A stretch of DNA of 37,918 nt from a virus (taxonomy: Duplodnaviria; Caudoviricetes). The notes under the pieces were generated by a model. The model was not told the DNA's origin. It did no database searches and saw nothing but the letters and a program-made list of their open reading frames with translations. Position numbers and translations under genes: made by a program. Shown one piece after another: positions 35,942-37,918 of the stretch. How positions within the stretch are numbered: position 1 is the first letter of the stretch; each line of letters begins with the position of its first letter. The DNA lies in IMG/VR virus record IMGVR_UViG_3300010148_000038, positions 1 through 37,918 of that record; one strand, given 5' to 3'.

Positions 35942-37918
35942 TCACCAATATGTTTTAGGAATACGCCTATCCGTTAATCTATTTAAATCCCAATCTAATG
36001 TTTCATAGACAAGTTTCAGTTTCTTAGTAATTGACTTGTCTACGATGGTACTCCAATCTATTTCATAACCTTCAAGTTGAGATTCATCATCATAGGCTAT
36101 TACATTACATGGTGGTTGTCCTTCCGGTACACCATCTATGTGTACCCACTTGATACCCTCACCCTTACCATAATTGGTATCAAGGTGTGCATTAGAATAC
36201 ATGGCCGCCTTAGCGGTCATAGGAGTATGACTTGGTTTGTATTCATGTAAGTGCTTAGACAAACGCCCATATGCGCTTACATCTTCGATAGATACATCAC
36301 CATTGTAAACTGATTTTACTATCGGTCTTACAATTTCCCATACATCATTTTCACCTTTACCTGTAGCGATAACATTGAATGCTAACCCAAGAACTTTTCT
36401 ACATATAGGTGAAGAACTCGATGCTTTGATTGAGAAACCCGTCACTTTTAATTGACCTGCTTCTTCTTCCGGCCATACTTTAACTCCGAAGTTTCTATTC
36501 TTTACGGAAGCAGTAAGCCAATAGTCGAAGTAAGCCTCAAGTTCTACATCAAGATGTTTCAAATTCATTTCGGTTTGCGCTATGTCAGTTAGATACTTAG
36601 CAATCTCTTCTGCTTTATCGAATGGAACTTTGATGTATGCTGAATCAGTATGACCTGCTAATGGTATAAATCCCTTTTCAGCACTCTTCTCCGTAAGCAT
36701 GGTAATAGACTCTCTACCTAAGTGAGTAATACATTGAGCGATAGGATAACTACCCCATTGACCTGCTACTGCCTTACTTCCCGTCATGCCGTAAATTGCA
36801 TTGACCGCAACCTTAACCGCCATCTGTAGCATGTTATACCCAAGTTTAGTATCAGCGTCATCAGCCTCGTACATGAGCGACTTGTACTTCTTCCTCAAGT
36901 CTAGCATATCTTTGACTACAGAAGGCAACAAGCCCATCCTGTCTTGTCGCCAATGGAATGTACCACCTGTACCCGGAATCGCAGTACCCGTCTTACTGTC
37001 GTATTTAGGCGGTACTTTAATTGTTAAAATATTCTCGCCCGGCGAATCTACCAATGTCGTATAACATAAATTAGCGGAGAGTATGATATTAGGATATAGA
37101 GAAGCAAAGTCTACCAATGCCACTCCTTCGTGCCTACCCGCTACAGGAGGCATAACCCATGCGGCCTGTAGTTCGGGTCTTTGTTCCATGTAGGAGGAAG
37201 GTGCTTTCAAATCTGTACGCCTTCCCATAAGCCCTCTAAAGTATCGTGTGACTTTATGTGTACTACCGAATGATACTCCGGCTAATTGTTGCATGGCTAT
37301 GTGATATGAAATGCAATTAAGTTTCTCATCACAGTCACGGAGTAGTGTAGTATCTACTAAACAGTAATCTACAAACTCATCATAGTATTCTTTCCAACCA
37401 TTGAAAACAGTCATACCTTCAATGTCATTTGTGAGTTTACCACCAAAGCCAAGTTCAGTAGCAAACCAATCTAACTTACGAGATTGAGCCTGTCCTCTAC
37501 CGGACTTCTGCCATATACCCTCAAAGCCACTACCGTCTGTCCACTGCGCCGCAGTATCAAATATCAGTCTACCCTTGATAGGTTGTGCCGTAGTTCTGTA
37601 TGCGCCTGTCTTTTTGTTAGGTGCAATAACCCTGTTTACAGGAGAAAGTCTTTCTCTTAGTTCTCCTAACTGATTGAATAGATGAGGTAAGTCAGCCCAA
37701 GCAATAGCATGTGCAACTAACATATCGGGATTACATTCATCGAGATAGTCAAGGAAGCCTTCGTGCATCTTGTGTACATTAGGATATGTCCTAAGTTCAT
37801 ACCCTTCGTACCTGTCAATCCATTCAGTCTTAGTAATAGTATCACGGATAGATTCTTCACTCCATGCGAAGACTACAGGATGCTCACTAAAGTTATCCGA
37901 TACCGCCATGACTGTAGT
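35942..37918 (-). CDS. polB: Family B DNA polymerase, N-terminus cut by the window edge
   Basis: DFASLYPNII (motif A), KVAVNAIYG (motif B), AGHTDS (motif C), KNRNFG, ExoIII YCLVD. The frame stays open past ATG 37909 to the window edge and the ExoI motif is not yet reached. Confidence 0.95.
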   Translation of the reverse strand, partial: TTVMAVSDNFSEHPVVFAWSEESIRDTITKTEWIDRYEGYELRTYPNVHKMHEGFLDYLDECNPDMLVAHAIAWADLPHLFNQLGELRERLSPVNRVIAPNKKTGAYRTTAQPIKGRLIFDTAAQWTDGSGFEGIWQKSGRGQAQSRKLDWFATELGFGGKLTNDIEGMTVFNGWKEYYDEFVDYCLVDTTLLRDCDEKLNCISYHIAMQQLAGVSFGSTHKVTRYFRGLMGRRTDLKAPSSYMEQRPELQAAWVMPPVAGRHEGVALVDFASLYPNIILSANLCYTTLVDSPGENILTIKVPPKYDSKTGTAIPGTGGTFHWRQDRMGLLPSVVKDMLDLRKKYKSLMYEADDADTKLGYNMLQMAVKVAVNAIYGMTGSKAVAGQWGSYPIAQCITHLGRESITMLTEKSAEKGFIPLAGHTDSAYIKVPFDKAEEIAKYLTDIAQTEMNLKHLDVELEAYFDYWLTASVKNRNFGVKVWPEEEAGQLKVTGFSIKASSSSPICRKVLGLAFNVIATGKGENDVWEIVRPIVKSVYNGDVSIEDVSAYGRLSKHLHEYKPSHTPMTAKAAMYSNAHLDTNYGKGEGIKWVHIDGVPEGQPPCNVIAYDDESQLEGYEIDWSTIVDKSITKKLKLVYETLDWDLNRLTDRRIPKTYW

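Noticed and set aside
29513-37064. + strand and off-frame ORFs over the replication genes
   Set aside because: They overlap well-supported - strand genes and have no independent support.
34060-37918. Casposon or CRISPR-Cas locus suggested by PolB plus Cas4
   Set aside because: There is no cas1, no repeat-spacer array and no terminal inverted repeat, and the primase next to PolB indicates RNA-primed replication.
30259-37918. Inteins in PolB, primase or the ATPase
   Set aside because: Motif spacings are compact and no splice-junction or homing endonuclease motifs were seen.
1-37918. CTAG avoidance, and tRNA or other RNA genes
   Set aside because: CTAG occurs repeatedly (e.g. near 980, 3850 and 4297). 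The intergenic gaps are under 60 nt, too short for a tRNA.

Overview
This AT-rich, gene-dense 37.9 kb window looks like part of the genome of a tailed archaeal virus (Caudoviricetes). It most resembles the Magroviruses that infect Marine Group II Poseidoniales; this rests on gene content and GAGGTGA-type ribosome-binding sites, not on a database search. Two gene blocks converge at about 27,960. The + strand (1-27,933) is a tail morphogenesis module: tail terminator-like fragment, enlarged tail tube, SAP-domain protein, a tail-chaperone pair joined by a probable -1 frameshift, a very short tape-measure protein, a distal-tail-like protein, a 6,477-aa giant virion protein with LamG domains and nested modules, a hub-like protein and fibre-like proteins. 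The - strand (27,992-37,918) is a replication and host-interaction block: PolB (cut by the window edge), MazG-like protein, Cas4-like nuclease, PIP-box protein, fused PriS-PriL primase, XPF nuclease, MCM-like ATPase, DEDDy exonuclease and a group II chaperonin. It ends with a 54-aa TFIIS/TFS-like zinc-ribbon ORF that the ORF track missed. The best leads are the giant protein paired with a tiny tape measure, the TFS-like mini-protein, the frameshift with an internal SD, and strong avoidance of several palindromes (GATC, AGCT, YCWGR, GCWGC, GTWAC). All family calls come from motif recognition by eye.
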